Shown: positions 1 through 14,087, counted from the first letter of the stretch. The stretch is DNA of 64,000 nucleotides from Escherichia coli (GCF_013315695.1 NZ_CP054353.1); one strand, 5' to 3'. The notes: generated by a model from the sequence alone, not told the origin. Translations and numbers: made by a program.

Positions 1-14
1 TAACTGCTCGCTCA
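1..14 (-). CDS. rpoE: 5' end (first codons, MSEQL) of RNA polymerase sigma-E factor; rest of gene lies outside window
   Basis: Reverse complement of nt 1-14 reads ATG AGC GAG CAG TT = MSEQL, the RpoE N-terminus; divergent from nadB as in E. coli. Confidence 0.5.
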
Positions 15-2767
<2,753 letters not shown>

Positions 2768-2898
2768 GAAAATAAAACCTTGCAGGAAAAACAGCGATAG
2801 CACCGGGTGAGAACAATACCCGAGAAGCGATATCCATACAAACAGATGAAGATTGCAGCCGTAACGTCTATAATCAGCGCCCCACACAGAGGTAGAAC

Positions 2899-4233
2899 AT
2901 GACTGTAACGACTTTTTCCGAACTTGAACTCGACGAAAGCCTGCTGGAAGCCCTCCAGGATAAAGGTTTCACTCGCCCGACCGCCATTCAGGCTGCCGCC
3001 ATTCCGCCTGCGCTCGATGGCCGTGATGTACTCGGTTCTGCGCCGACAGGCACCGGTAAAACGGCGGCGTATCTGCTGCCAGCGTTGCAGCACCTGCTCG
3101 ATTTCCCACGTAAGAAATCCGGTCCGCCGCGTATTTTGATCCTCACCCCAACTCGCGAGCTGGCGATGCAGGTGGCCGATCATGCCCGCGAACTGGCGAA
3201 ACATACGCATCTGGATATCGCCACCATCACAGGCGGCGTAGCCTATATGAACCACGCGGAAGTGTTCAGCGAAAATCAGGACATCGTGGTCGCCACGACC
3301 GGACGTCTGCTGCAATACATAAAAGAAGAGAACTTCGATTGCCGCGCGGTTGAAACGCTGATCCTCGACGAAGCAGACCGTATGCTGGATATGGGCTTCG
3401 CTCAGGATATCGAACATATTGCTGGCGAAACGCGCTGGCGTAAACAGACCCTGCTCTTTTCGGCAACGCTGGAAGGCGATGCGATTCAGGACTTTGCCGA
3501 GCGTCTGCTGGAAGATCCGGTGGAGGTTTCTGCCAATCCGTCCACCCGTGAGCGCAAAAAAATTCATCAGTGGTATTACCGCGCCGATGACCTGGAACAT
3601 AAAACCGCATTGCTGGTGCACCTGTTAAAACAGCCGGAAGCGACCCGCTCAATTGTGTTTGTGCGTAAGCGTGAGCGTGTGCATGAGCTGGCAAACTGGC
3701 TGCGCGAAGCGGGCATCAACAACTGCTATCTCGAAGGTGAGATGGTACAGGGCAAGCGTAACGAAGCGATCAAGCGTTTGACCGAAGGTCGCGTAAACGT
3801 ACTGGTTGCAACCGATGTTGCCGCGCGCGGTATCGACATTCCTGACGTCAGCCACGTCTTTAACTTCGATATGCCGCGCAGTGGTGATACTTATTTGCAC
3901 CGTATCGGACGTACCGCGCGCGCCGGTCGTAAGGGAACAGCGATTTCGCTGGTTGAAGCTCATGACCATCTGCTGCTGGGCAAAGTAGGCCGCTATATTG
4001 AAGAGCCAATTAAAGCTCGCGTTATTGATGAGTTACGCCCGAAAACGCGTGCGCCAAGCGAAAAGCAGACCGGCAAGCCATCGAAGAAAGTACTGGCTAA
4101 ACGTGCCGAGAAGAAAAAAGCTAAAGAGAAAGAGAAGCCGCGGGTGAAAAAACGCCATCGCGACACCAAAAATATTGGTAAGCGCCGTAAACCAAGCGGA
4201 ACGGGCGTGCCACCGCAAACGACAGAAGAGTGA
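2899..4233 (+). CDS. srmB: ATP-dependent DEAD-box RNA helicase SrmB
   Basis: 444-aa ORF with Q-motif, GTGKT (motif I), DEAD (motif II), [11 protein letters not shown]; basic C-terminal tail. Confidence 0.95.
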   Translation: MTVTTFSELELDESLLEALQDKGFTRPTAIQAAAIPPALDGRDVLGSAPTGTGKTAAYLLPALQHLLDFPRKKSGPPRILILTPTRELAMQVADHARELAKHTHLDIATITGGVAYMNHAEVFSENQDIVVATTGRLLQYIKEENFDCRAVETLILDEADRMLDMGFAQDIEHIAGETRWRKQTLLFSATLEGDAIQDFAERLLEDPVEVSANPSTRERKKIHQWYYRADDLEHKTALLVHLLKQPEATRSIVFVRKRERVHELANWLREAGINNCYLEGEMVQGKRNEAIKRLTEGRVNVLVATDVAARGIDIPDVSHVFNFDMPRSGDTYLHRIGRTARAGRKGTAISLVEAHDHLLLGKVGRYIEEPIKARVIDELRPKTRAPSEKQTGKPSKKVLAKRAEKKKAKEKEKPRVKKRHRDTKNIGKRRKPSGTGVPPQTTEE

Positions 4234-4441
4234 TCTTAATTCCGGGTTTAAGCCCGGAATTAAAAGTGCTGGCAAACGCAAAACTGCCTGATGCGCTACG
4301 CTTATCAGGCCTACATGGCTCATGCAATATATTGAATTTGCACGATCTTGTAGGCCGGATAAGGCGTTCACGCCGCATCCGGCATGAACAAAACGCACTT
4401 CGTCGACAAGTTGGGTGCCGGGTTTAAGCCCGGCATTATTT
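4234..4441. repeat. REP/BIME cluster bracketed by two hairpins with identical core CCGGGTTTAAGCCCGG
   Basis: REP-like units gcctgatgcgctacgcttatcaggcctac and gtaggccggataaggcgttcacgccgcatccggcatg; hairpin copies at about 4241-4264 and 4413-4432. Confidence 0.6.
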
Positions 4442-5323
4442 TTATCCCGGCAAAAAACACTCTTCAACACACTGAATAAAAATGTGCATCGCCGGGCTAA
4501 CCGCTTTTCCGGCATGGTGAGCGCACATTGCCGTAATGGTCTGCGACTGTTCGCCAAAAGGCAATTCGATTAATTCGCCACTCGCAAGTTCATTTGCCAC
4601 TGTAAAGCGCGGCAGGTAACTGACCCCGATATTTGCCGCGACACAACGCTTGATGCTTTCGATACTTATAAGCTCAATGGTGTTTTCCACCGTGATCCGT
4701 CGCTGGCGCAGCGTGCTCTCAAATATCTGGCGGAAGACACATTGCGGTTCATTGATAATAAAACTACAGGCGTTATGTCTTCCCTGCTCAGTAAAATCGA
4801 CATCTGCAATTTGCGGTGAAGCCACCAGCACCAGCGATTGTTCACCCAACTCTCGCCGGTTCAGAGCATTATCATTCCCTACGCGATAAAAAACCCCGAC
4901 ATCGGCCTCATCATTCAGTAGCGCATCACGGATCACGTAACAGTTCAGAGACTGCAACGATAAACGCACTTTTGGTGCGCGTTGCCGAAAACGCTGCAAC
5001 ACCTGCGGCATTCGGTAAGAGAGCAACGTTTCGCCTGAAACAACGCGTAGTTCCCCGTCCGGATCCGACTCTTTTTTGGCAGCCTCACGAAGGGTATCCA
5101 TCACTCTGGTGAGTTCATAAATGTGCGGCAGCAGCTTTTTTCCTTCGCGGGTAAGGCACATTCGTCGACCAATTTTCTCAAATAACTGGACTGAGAACTC
5201 CTGCTCAAGCTGCTGAATATGAAAAGTCACCGTCGATTGTGTGCAGCACAATTTTTGCGAAGCTCGCAAGAAGGAACCCTCTTCCACCACGGTTTTAAGC
5301 GTAATAAAACGGCGCAGATCCAT
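4442..5323 (-). CDS. yfiE: LysR-family transcriptional regulator
   Basis: ORF-track call trimmed to MDLRRFITLKTVVEEGSF (293 aa); N-terminal HTH typical of LysR family; divergent from eamB. Confidence 0.85.
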   Translation of the reverse strand: MDLRRFITLKTVVEEGSFLRASQKLCCTQSTVTFHIQQLEQEFSVQLFEKIGRRMCLTREGKKLLPHIYELTRVMDTLREAAKKESDPDGELRVVSGETLLSYRMPQVLQRFRQRAPKVRLSLQSLNCYVIRDALLNDEADVGVFYRVGNDNALNRRELGEQSLVLVASPQIADVDFTEQGRHNACSFIINEPQCVFRQIFESTLRQRRITVENTIELISIESIKRCVAANIGVSYLPRFTVANELASGELIELPFGEQSQTITAMCAHHAGKAVSPAMHIFIQCVEECFLPG

Positions 5324-5425
5324 AACCCCAAACCTATCGAAAATATCGAATTTAGAATGTAAAAACATTCATTTTTTTTAATGTTCCGTGTCGGGTACTG
5401 TCTACCAAAACAGAGGAGATAACAA

Positions 5426-6013
5426 GTGACACCGACCCTTTTAAGTGCTTTTTGGACTTACACCCTGATTACCGCCATGACGCCAGGACCGAACAATATT
5501 CTCGCCCTTAGCTCAGCTACAACGCACGGATTTCGTCAGAGTACTCGCGTGCTGGCAGGGATGAGTCTGGGATTTTTAATCGTCATGTTGCTATGCGCGG
5601 GAATTTCGTTTTCACTGGCTGTTATCGACCCGGCAGCAGTGCATCTGTTGAGTTGGGCAGGGGCGGCATATATTGTCTGGCTGGCGTGGAAAATCGCTAC
5701 CAGTCCAACAAAGGAAGATGGGCTTCAGACAAAACCAATCAGTTTTTGGGCCAGCTTTGCTTTGCAGTTTGTGAACGTCAAAATCATTTTGTATGGCATT
5801 ACAGCACTGTCGACGTTTGTCCTGCCGCAAACGCAGGCGCTAAGCTGGATAATTGGCGTCAGCGTTTTGCTGGCGATGATTGGGACGTTTGGCAATGTGT
5901 GCTGGGCGCTGGCGGGGCACCTGTTTCAGCGATTGTTTCGCCAGTATGGTCGCCAGTTAAATATCGTGCTCGCGCTGCTGCTGGTCTATTGCGCGGTACG
6001 CATTTTCTATTAA
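5426..6013 (+). CDS. eamB: LysE/RhtB-family cysteine/O-acetylserine exporter
   Basis: 195-aa polytopic membrane ORF, GTG start; matches remembered YfiK/EamB. Confidence 0.85.
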   Translation: MTPTLLSAFWTYTLITAMTPGPNNILALSSATTHGFRQSTRVLAGMSLGFLIVMLLCAGISFSLAVIDPAAVHLLSWAGAAYIVWLAWKIATSPTKEDGLQTKPISFWASFALQFVNVKIILYGITALSTFVLPQTQALSWIIGVSVLLAMIGTFGNVCWALAGHLFQRLFRQYGRQLNIVLALLLVYCAVRIFY

Positions 6014-6017
6014 TGAA

Positions 6018-6048
6018 AAAAGCGGAAGAGGTCGCCCTCTTCCGCTTA
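6018..6048. terminator. Bidirectional rho-independent terminator between convergent eamB and grcA
   Basis: Perfect hairpin aagcggaagagg-tcgc-cctcttccgctt flanked by A/T runs. Confidence 0.6.
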
Positions 6049-6067
6049 GTAACTTGCTACTTAAGCC

Positions 6068-6451
6068 TTACAGGCTTTCAGTAAAGGTACGAGCGATAAC
6101 GTCGCGCTGCTGTTCCGGAGTCAGAGAGTTAAAGCGAACTGCATAACCGGATACACGGATGGTCAGCTGCGGATATTTTTCCGGATGCTTAACTGCATCT
6201 TCCAGAGTTTCACGACGCAGAACGTTTACGTTCAGGTGTTGACCACCTTCAACGCGAACTTCTGGTTTCACTTCTACTGGAACTTCACGGTACTCAATGT
6301 CACCCAGTTTGCTTACTGCAACCACTTCGTCTTCTGCAAAACCTGCTTTCGCAACGATGCAACGCGCTTCGCCTTTTTCGCTGTCCAGCAGCCAGAAAGA
6401 GTTCAGCAGATCGTCGTTAGCGGCTTTAGTAATCTGGATACCTGTAATCAT
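6068..6451 (-). CDS. grcA: Autonomous glycyl radical cofactor (pyruvate formate-lyase repair protein)
   Basis: 127 aa from [14 protein letters not shown]...; C-terminal glycyl-radical motif RVSGYAV; ORF-track call has 6-codon extension. Confidence 0.9.
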
Positions 6452-6558
6452 GTGATGCCTCCCCGGCAAAATTATTTGATTTGTTCAGCCTGTCGCGGCC
6501 AATTGGTAAAACCATTGTTGCTTGAGTGTATATATACTCCTCAAACACCCTTGATTCT

Positions 6559-6572
6559 TTGATTTAAATCAA
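6559..6572 (-). promoter_or_regulatory. FNR-type binding site upstream of grcA
   Basis: TTGATttaaATCAA perfect match to FNR consensus TTGAT-N4-ATCAA, about 110 bp upstream of grcA start. Confidence 0.55.
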
Positions 6573-6755
6573 TAAAAACCACATATCGAATGTGGTCACA
6601 AATGGATTTTATTGTTTTACATCAACTTATGCAGGTGTGAAATTTTACCAATTTACATTTTTTTGCATGTCTTTTTGTCTATAAAATGAGCATGATTTTG
6701 TTCTGTAGAAAGAAGCAGTTAAGCTAGGCGGATTGAAGATTCGCAGGAGAGCGAG

Positions 6756-7445
6756 ATGGCTAACGAATTAACCTGGCATGATGTGCTGGCTGAAGAGAAG
6801 CAGCAACCCTATTTTCTTAATACCCTACAGACCGTCGCCAGCGAGCGGCAGTCCGGCGTCACTATCTATCCGCCACAAAAAGATGTCTTTAACGCGTTCC
6901 GCTTTACAGAGTTGGGTGACGTTAAAGTGGTGATTCTCGGCCAGGATCCTTATCACGGACCGGGACAGGCGCATGGTCTGGCATTTTCCGTTCGCCCCGG
7001 CATTGCGACACCGCCGTCACTGCTGAATATGTATAAAGAGCTGGAAAATACTATTCCCGGTTTCACCCGCCCTAATCATGGTTATCTTGAAAGCTGGGCG
7101 CGTCAGGGCGTTCTGCTACTCAATACTGTGTTGACGGTACGCGCAGGTCAGGCGCATTCCCACGCCAGCCTCGGCTGGGAAACCTTCACCGATAAAGTGA
7201 TCAGCCTGATTAACCAGCATCGCGAAGGCGTGGTGTTTTTGTTGTGGGGATCGCATGCGCAAAAGAAAGGGGCGATTATAGATAAGCAACGCCATCATGT
7301 ACTGAAAGCACCGCATCCGTCGCCGCTTTCGGCGCATCGTGGATTCTTTGGCTGCAACCATTTTGTGCTGGCAAATCAGTGGCTGGAACAACGTGGCGAG
7401 ACGCCGATTGACTGGATGCCAGTATTACCGGCAGAGAGTGAGTAA
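6756..7445 (+). CDS. ung: Uracil-DNA glycosylase
   Basis: 229-aa ORF with GQDPYH active-site motif and HPSPLS motif. Confidence 0.95.
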   Translation: MANELTWHDVLAEEKQQPYFLNTLQTVASERQSGVTIYPPQKDVFNAFRFTELGDVKVVILGQDPYHGPGQAHGLAFSVRPGIATPPSLLNMYKELENTIPGFTRPNHGYLESWARQGVLLLNTVLTVRAGQAHSHASLGWETFTDKVISLINQHREGVVFLLWGSHAQKKGAIIDKQRHHVLKAPHPSPLSAHRGFFGCNHFVLANQWLEQRGETPIDWMPVLPAESE

Positions 7446-7492
7446 ATTTGCGGGAAAATGCCGGATGGCAGAGTTGCCACCCGGCTGATTTA

Positions 7493-8530
7493 TCAGGCTT
7501 TATTCTGACGCCACCATTCGCCAAGAAGAACGCCGGTTGCAACAGAGATATTTAGCCCGGCAACGTTGCCAGTACCATCAATCTTCACGCGCAAATCGTT
7601 CGGATCGCGTGCGGCATCCGGTAACCCTTCATATTCCTGACCCAGCACCAGTACCATTTTCGCTGGCAGACTGGTTTTGAACAGCGGTTTCCCCTGCTCG
7701 CTGGAAGTGGTCACTACGGTGTAACCTGCCTGACGGAAATCATCCAGCACGTTAACAATGTTGTCGCCAGTAATCGGCTGAACGTGCTCTGCGCCGCCTT
7801 CTGCGGTACGGATAGCCGCACCCGACTCCAGCAGTGCCGCATCCTGCACCACAACGCCTTTCACGCCGAAGTGCGCGCAGCTGCGCATCATGCCACCCAG
7901 GTTATGCGGGTTAGATTCGTTTTCCAGCGCCAGTACACAATCCTGCGCGCCTGCCTGGCTTACCCACTGCTGCACGGTTGTACCGTTACGCTTTTTGATC
8001 AGGAAGCAAACGCCGCCGTGATGTTCCGTGCCTGACGCTTTTGTCAGTTCCGCTTCATCTACCACATGGTACGCTTTGCGATTTGCTGCCATCCAGCGCA
8101 AGGCTTCTTTAAAACGCGGCGTTACACTCTGGATAAACCAGGCGCGAACAATCGCTTCCGGACGGCTCTGGAACAGTGCCTGACAGGCGTTTTCTCCGTA
8201 GACGCGGGTTTCTTCCGCACGCTGACGACGCAAAACTTCCGGATCAATAAAACTTTTACCACTGATACCACCGTGATCGGCCTTTTCCGGCGTCTCATCA
8301 CCCGGCGCGCGGGAAACCGTGCGCCACGGCGAATCTTCCCACTTGCGGTCACGGTGCTGACTCTGTTTGTCATCGCGGGCGGGGCGACGGCCACCGTCAG
8401 CACGAGATTTTCCTGGACGCCCGCCCCCTTTCCCGGTACGCGGGTTGTGGGTACGTTTATCAGAATCATCATCACTGCGGACATACATCACTTTGACCTT
8501 GCCGCTTTTACCTTTCATTTCATCGTTCAT
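7493..8530 (-). CDS. yfiF: SpoU/TrmH-family RNA 2'-O-methyltransferase with low-complexity basic N-terminal region
   Basis: ORF-track call trimmed to [11 protein letters not shown] (345 aa); C-terminal SpoU methylase fold motifs. Confidence 0.85.
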   Translation of the reverse strand: MNDEMKGKSGKVKVMYVRSDDDSDKRTHNPRTGKGGGRPGKSRADGGRRPARDDKQSQHRDRKWEDSPWRTVSRAPGDETPEKADHGGISGKSFIDPEVLRRQRAEETRVYGENACQALFQSRPEAIVRAWFIQSVTPRFKEALRWMAANRKAYHVVDEAELTKASGTEHHGGVCFLIKKRNGTTVQQWVSQAGAQDCVLALENESNPHNLGGMMRSCAHFGVKGVVVQDAALLESGAAIRTAEGGAEHVQPITGDNIVNVLDDFRQAGYTVVTTSSEQGKPLFKTSLPAKMVLVLGQEYEGLPDAARDPNDLRVKIDGTGNVAGLNISVATGVLLGEWWRQNKA

Positions 8531-8736
8531 GCTTTTCTCCACCAGCGCTGCGCGAAGCGCGCAGATTACCCGAAGTCCGCGCGGTTCGCCATGATTTCGT
8601 TCCAAAGCCTGTGTCTATCATACCCATTGAATAAAACAGATTGTTGTCTGGAACAATGTCCCCGATAATATGTAACATATTAGAAACATACCGGCGTCGT
8701 TGCCGATAAGTCTCCTTACTCATCCCGAGGTTAGTT

Positions 8737-9156
8737 ATGAATACCGTTTGTACCCATTGTCAGGCCATCAATCGCATTCCCGACGATCGGATCGAAGATG
8801 CGGCAAAATGCGGACGCTGCGGTCACGACTTGTTTGACGGAGAGGTGATTAATGCGACCGGTGAAACGCTCGACAAATTGCTGAAAGATGATCTACCTGT
8901 GGTGATCGACTTCTGGGCACCGTGGTGCGGCCCCTGCCGTAATTTCGCACCAATTTTTGAAGATGTCGCGCAAGAGCGTAGCGGTAAAGTGCGCTTTGTG
9001 AAAGTGAATACCGAAGCTGAACGTGAATTAAGCAGTCGCTTTGGAATTCGTAGTATACCGACGATCATGATTTTCAAAAACGGTCAGGTTGTCGACATGC
9101 TTAATGGCGCAGTACCGAAAGCGCCGTTTGATAGCTGGCTGAACGAATCTCTTTAA
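8737..9156 (+). CDS. trxC: Thioredoxin 2 (zinc-finger N-terminal extension)
   Basis: 139 aa; N-terminal CxxC...CxxC zinc finger and WCGPC active site. Confidence 0.95.
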
Positions 9157-9162
9157 TCTTAC

Positions 9163-9190
9163 CGGGGCGCATCTTGTGCCCCGTTTTCTC
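9163..9190 (+). terminator. Putative trxC terminator
   Basis: Hairpin ggggcgc-atcttgt-gccccg followed by TTTT. Confidence 0.5.
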
Positions 9191-9224
9191 CTCTGCGACA
9201 ATGGCGTTTTTTCGACGCTCTCTT

Positions 9225-9923
9225 ATGACCGAAAACGCTGTTCTCCAGTTACGCGCCGAGCGTATTGCGCGCGCAACACGTCCTTTTCTTGCCCGCGGTA
9301 ATCGCGTTCGTCGCTGCCAACGCTGTCTTTTGCCAGAGAAATTATGTCTCTGTTCGACAATTACCCCAGCACAAGCAAAAAGTCGCTTCTGTTTGCTGAT
9401 GTTCGACACCGAGCCAATGAAGCCCAGTAATACCGGGCGTCTGATTGCTGATATTTTGCCTGATACCGTTGCGTTTCAATGGTCGCGTACCGAACCCTCG
9501 CTAGATTTGCTGGATCTGGTACAAAACCCGGACTATCAGCCAATGGTGGTCTTTCCCGCCTCGTATGCTGATGAGCAACGGGAAGTGATCTTCACACCAC
9601 CTGCCGGTAAGCCTCCGCTATTTATCATGCTCGATGGTACCTGGCCGGAAGCTCGCAAGATGTTTCGTAAAAGTCCGTATCTGGATAATCTTCCCGTCAT
9701 TTCCGTCGATCTTTCCCGGCTTTCTGCCTATCGCCTGCGTGAAGCCCAGGCTGAAGGCCAATATTGTACTGCCGAGGTAGCCATCGCACTGTTAGATATG
9801 GTCGGCGATACCGGGGCGGCGGCAGGGTTAGGCGAGCATTTTACCCGCTTTAAAACACGCTATCTGGCAGGAAAAACGCAACATCTGGGTAGCATCACAG
9901 CAGAACAGTTAGAAAGCGTTTAA
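9225..9923 (+). CDS. yfiP: DTW-domain protein (tRNA-uridine aminocarboxypropyltransferase family)
   Basis: ORF-track call trimmed to MTENAVLQL (232 aa); Cys-rich N-terminus and DGTW motif (FIMLDGTWPEA). Confidence 0.8.
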   Translation: MTENAVLQLRAERIARATRPFLARGNRVRRCQRCLLPEKLCLCSTITPAQAKSRFCLLMFDTEPMKPSNTGRLIADILPDTVAFQWSRTEPSLDLLDLVQNPDYQPMVVFPASYADEQREVIFTPPAGKPPLFIMLDGTWPEARKMFRKSPYLDNLPVISVDLSRLSAYRLREAQAEGQYCTAEVAIALLDMVGDTGAAAGLGEHFTRFKTRYLAGKTQHLGSITAEQLESV

Positions 9924-9954
9924 AATCATTCGGTCACTTCTGCGGGAGACCGGT

Positions 9955-12615
9955 ATGAGTCAGCGAGGACTGGAAGCACTACTGCGACCAAAATCGATTG
10001 CGGTAATTGGCGCATCGATGAAACCCAATCGCGCAGGTTACCTGATGATGCGTAACCTGCTGGCGGGAGGCTTTAACGGACCGGTACTCCCGGTGACGCC
10101 TGCCTGGAAAGCAGTGTTGGGTGTGTTGGCCTGGCCGGATATTGCCAGCTTGCCCTTTACACCAGACCTTGCGGTTTTATGTACCAATGCCAGCCGTAAT
10201 CTTGCTCTTCTGGAAGAGCTCGGCGAGAAAGGCTGTAAAACCTGCATTATTCTTTCCGCCCCGTCATCGCAACACGAAGATCTCCGCGCCTGCGCCCTGC
10301 GCCATAACATGCGCCTGCTTGGACCAAACAGTCTGGGTTTACTGGCTCCCTGGCAAGGTCTGAATGCCAGCTTTTCGCCTGTGCCGATTAAACGCGGCAA
10401 GCTGGCGTTTATTTCGCAATCGGCTGCTGTCTCCAACACCATCCTCGACTGGGCGCAACAGCGTGAGATGGGCTTTTCCTACTTTATTGCGCTCGGCGAC
10501 AGCCTGGATATCGACGTTGATGAATTGCTCGACTATCTGGCACGCGACAGTAAAACCAGCGCCATCCTGCTCTATCTCGAACAGTTAAGCGACGCGCGAC
10601 GCTTTGTTTCGGCGGCCCGTAGTGCCTCGCGCAATAAACCGATTCTGGTGATTAAAAGCGGACGTAGCCCGGCGGCTCAACGTCTGTTGAACACCACGGC
10701 AGGAATGGATCCGGCGTGGGATGCGGCTATTCAGCGTGCCGGTTTGTTGCGGGTACAGGATACCCACGAACTGTTTTCGGCGGTGGAAACCCTTAGCCAT
10801 ATGCGCCCGCTGCGTGGTGACCGGTTGATGATTATCAGCAACGGTGCTGCGCCTGCCGCGCTGGCGCTGGATGCCTTATGGTCACGCAATGGCAAGCTGG
10901 CAACGCTAAGCGAAGAAACCTGCCAGAAACTGCGCGATGCACTGCCAGGACATGTGGCAATCTCTAACCCTCTCGATCTGCGCGATGACGCCAGCAGCGA
11001 GCATTATGTCAAAACGCTGGACATTCTGCTCCACAGCCAGGATTTTGATGCGCTGATGGTTATTCATTCGCCCAGCGCCGCTGCTCCCGCAACAGAAAGC
11101 GCGCAAGCATTAATTGAAGCGGTAAAGCATCATCCCCGCAGCAAGTATGTTTCTCTGCTGACGAACTGGTGTGGCGAGTACTCCTCGCAAGAGGCACGAC
11201 GATTATTCAGTGAAGCCGGGCTGCCGACCTATCGCACACCGGAAGGAACCATCACTGCTTTTATGCATATGGTGGAGTACCGGCGTAATCAGAAGCAACT
11301 ACGCGAAACGCCGGCGTTGCCCAGCAATCTGACCTCCAATACCGCAGAAGCGCATCTTCTGTTGCAACAGGCGATTGCCGAAGGGGCTACGTCGCTCGAT
11401 ACCCATGAAGTTCAGCCCATCCTGCAAGCGTATGGTATGAATACTCTCCCTACCTGGATTGCCAGTGATAGCACCGAAGCGGTACATATTGCCGAACAGA
11501 TTGGCTATCCGGTGGCACTGAAATTGCGCTCGCCGGATATTCCACATAAATCGGAAGTTCAGGGCGTCATGCTGTACCTGCGTACAGCCAATGAAGTCCA
11601 GCAAGCGGCAAACGCTATTTTCGATCGCGTAAAAATGGCCTGGCCGCAGGCGCGGGTCCACGGCCTGTTGGTGCAAAGTATGGCTAACCGTGCTGGCGCT
11701 CAGGAGTTGCGGGTTGTGGTTGAGTACGATCCGGTTTTCGGGCCGTTGATCATGCTGGGCGAAGGCGGTGTGGAGTGGCGTCCTGAAGATCAAGCCGTCG
11801 TCGCGTTACCACCGCTGAACATGAACCTGGCCCGCTATCTGGTTATTCAGGGGATCAAAAGTAAAAAGATTCGTGCGCGCAGTGCGCTACGCCCCTTGGA
11901 TGTTGCAGGCTTGAGCCAGCTTCTGGTACAGGTTTCCAACTTGATTGTCGATTGTCCGGAAATTCAACGGCTGGATATTCATCCTTTGCTGGCTTCTGGC
12001 AGTGAATTTACCGCGCTGGATGTCACGCTGGATATCGCGCCGTTTGAAGGTGATAACGAGAGCCGGCTGGCTGTGCGCCCTTATCCGCATCAGCTGGAAG
12101 AGTGGGTAGAATTGAAAAACGGTGAACGCTGCTTGTTCCGCCCGATTTTGCCAGAAGATGAGCCACAACTTCAGCAGTTCATTTCGCGAGTCACCAAAGA
12201 AGATCTTTATTACCGCTACTTTAGCGAGATCAACGAATTTACCCATGAAGATTTAGCCAACATGACGCAGATCGACTACGATCGGGAAATGGCTTTTGTG
12301 GCGGTACGACGTATTGATCAAACAGAAGAGATCCTTGGCGTCACGCGTGCGATCTCCGACCCTGATAACATCGATGCCGAATTTGCCGTGCTGGTTCGCT
12401 CGGATCTCAAAGGGTTAGGCTTAGGTCGACGCTTAATGGAAAAATTGATTACCTATACGCGAGATCACGGACTGCAACGTCTGAATGGTATTACGATGCC
12501 AAACAATCGTGGCATGGTGGCGCTGGCCCGCAAGCTCGGGTTTAACGTTGATATCCAGCTCGAAGAGGGGATCGTTGGGCTTACGCTAAATCTTGCCCAG
12601 CGCGAGGAATCATGA
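9955..12615 (+). CDS. patZ: Protein lysine acetyltransferase (acyl-CoA synthetase-like NDP-forming domain fused to GNAT)
   Basis: 886-aa ORF; CoA-binding and ATP-grasp regions plus C-terminal GNAT domain; matches remembered YfiQ/Pka/PatZ. Confidence 0.95.
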   Translation: MSQRGLEALLRPKSIAVIGASMKPNRAGYLMMRNLLAGGFNGPVLPVTPAWKAVLGVLAWPDIASLPFTPDLAVLCTNASRNLALLEELGEKGCKTCIILSAPSSQHEDLRACALRHNMRLLGPNSLGLLAPWQGLNASFSPVPIKRGKLAFISQSAAVSNTILDWAQQREMGFSYFIALGDSLDIDVDELLDYLARDSKTSAILLYLEQLSDARRFVSAARSASRNKPILVIKSGRSPAAQRLLNTTAGMDPAWDAAIQRAGLLRVQDTHELFSAVETLSHMRPLRGDRLMIISNGAAPAALALDALWSRNGKLATLSEETCQKLRDALPGHVAISNPLDLRDDASSEHYVKTLDILLHSQDFDALMVIHSPSAAAPATESAQALIEAVKHHPRSKYVSLLTNWCGEYSSQEARRLFSEAGLPTYRTPEGTITAFMHMVEYRRNQKQLRETPALPSNLTSNTAEAHLLLQQAIAEGATSLDTHEVQPILQAYGMNTLPTWIASDSTEAVHIAEQIGYPVALKLRSPDIPHKSEVQGVMLYLRTANEVQQAANAIFDRVKMAWPQARVHGLLVQSMANRAGAQELRVVVEYDPVFGPLIMLGEGGVEWRPEDQAVVALPPLNMNLARYLVIQGIKSKKIRARSALRPLDVAGLSQLLVQVSNLIVDCPEIQRLDIHPLLASGSEFTALDVTLDIAPFEGDNESRLAVRPYPHQLEEWVELKNGERCLFRPILPEDEPQLQQFISRVTKEDLYYRYFSEINEFTHEDLANMTQIDYDREMAFVAVRRIDQTEEILGVTRAISDPDNIDAEFAVLVRSDLKGLGLGRRLMEKLITYTRDHGLQRLNGITMPNNRGMVALARKLGFNVDIQLEEGIVGLTLNLAQREES

Positions 12616-12725
12616 GTAAGGTACTGGAAATGTTGACCACTTAATCGGGACTGGTGTTATTATTGCCCGCTTATGTCGTCTGCATTGCACAGAGGACCCT
12701 TCAATGAACAGAGAAGAAATGCACT

Positions 12726-14084
12726 GTGATGTTGTCAAAATTTAAGCGTAATAAACATCAACAACACCTTGCCCAACTACCCAAGATTTCTCAATCAGTT
12801 GATGATGTCGATTTCTTTTACGCTCCCGCCGACTTCCGGGAGACGCTGCTGGAAAAAATAGCCAGCGCGAAGCAGCGCATTTGCATTGTCGCCCTGTATC
12901 TCGAACAGGATGACGGTGGCAAAGGCATTCTGAACGCGTTGTATGAGGCTAAAAGGCAGCGTCCGGAACTGGATGTACGGGTGCTGGTCGACTGGCATCG
13001 TGCACAACGTGGACGCATTGGCGCTGCGGCATCTAACACTAACGCTGACTGGTACTGCCGCATGGCGCAGGAAAATCCGGGCGTAGATGTTCCGGTTTAT
13101 GGCGTTCCAATCAATACCCGTGAAGCCCTTGGTGTTCTGCACTTTAAAGGCTTTATCATCGACGATAGCGTACTTTATAGCGGTGCCAGCCTGAACGATG
13201 TTTACCTGCATCAGCACGATAAATATCGCTACGACCGTTATCATCTGATCCGTAACCGTAAGATGTCAGACATTATGTTTGAATGGGTTACACAGAATAT
13301 TATGAATGGCCGCGGCGTTAATCGTCTGGATGATGTTAATCGGCCAAAAAGCCCGGAAATCAAGAACGACATTCGCCTGTTCCGCCAGGAGCTGCGTGAT
13401 GCCGCTTATCATTTCCAGGGCGATGCCGACAACGATCAGCTTTCCGTAACGCCGCTAGTGGGGCTGGGGAAATCGAGTCTGTTGAACAAGACCATTTTCC
13501 ATCTTATGCCTTGTGCCGAGCAGAAACTAACCATCTGTACGCCATACTTCAACCTGCCAGCAATCCTTGTGCGCAATATTATCCAGTTGCTGCGCGAAGG
13601 GAAAAAGGTCGAAATTATTGTTGGTGATAAAACCGCGAATGACTTCTACATTCCGGAAGATGAACCTTTCAAGATAATTGGCGCATTGCCTTATCTCTAT
13701 GAGATCAATCTGCGTCGTTTCCTGAGCCGTTTGCAGTATTACGTCAATACTGACCAGTTAGTGGTTCGGTTATGGAAAGACGACGACAACACCTATCACC
13801 TGAAAGGGATGTGGGTTGATGATAAGTGGATGCTGGTAACCGGCAATAACCTGAACCCGCGCGCCTGGCGTCTGGATCTGGAAAACGCCATTTTGATCCA
13901 CGATCCACAACTGGAGCTTGCGCCGCAGCGAGAGAAAGAACTGGAGCTGATCCGCGAGCATACCACCATCGTTAAGCACTATCGCGATCTGCAAAGTATT
14001 GCCGATTATCCGGTGAAGGTTCGTAAACTCATCCGCCGTTTGCGCCGTATCCGCATCGACCGATTAATTAGCCGCATCCTGTAA
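12726..14084 (+). CDS. pssA: Phosphatidylserine synthase (CDP-diacylglycerol-serine O-phosphatidyltransferase, PLD-type)
   Basis: 452-aa ORF with two HxK(x4)D phospholipase-D motifs. Confidence 0.9.
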   Translation: MMLSKFKRNKHQQHLAQLPKISQSVDDVDFFYAPADFRETLLEKIASAKQRICIVALYLEQDDGGKGILNALYEAKRQRPELDVRVLVDWHRAQRGRIGAAASNTNADWYCRMAQENPGVDVPVYGVPINTREALGVLHFKGFIIDDSVLYSGASLNDVYLHQHDKYRYDRYHLIRNRKMSDIMFEWVTQNIMNGRGVNRLDDVNRPKSPEIKNDIRLFRQELRDAAYHFQGDADNDQLSVTPLVGLGKSSLLNKTIFHLMPCAEQKLTICTPYFNLPAILVRNIIQLLREGKKVEIIVGDKTANDFYIPEDEPFKIIGALPYLYEINLRRFLSRLQYYVNTDQLVVRLWKDDDNTYHLKGMWVDDKWMLVTGNNLNPRAWRLDLENAILIHDPQLELAPQREKELELIREHTTIVKHYRDLQSIADYPVKVRKLIRRLRRIRIDRLISRIL

Positions 14085-14087
14085 TCA

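Noticed and set aside
2768-2887. N-terminal extensions of ORF-track calls (yfiC, yfiE, yfiF, yfiP, ygcW, ygcS, ygcR, ygcQ, ygcO, ygcN, queD, cysH, clpB, grcA, casE, cas1)
   Set aside because: Extended frames run into upstream genes or intergenic DNA without RBS; internal starts match conventional E. coli N-termini and ribosome-binding sites.
6500-6540. Second FNR site expected near -40 of grcA
   Set aside because: No clear TTGAT-N4-ATCAA match found by eye in this interval; only the distal perfect site is reported.
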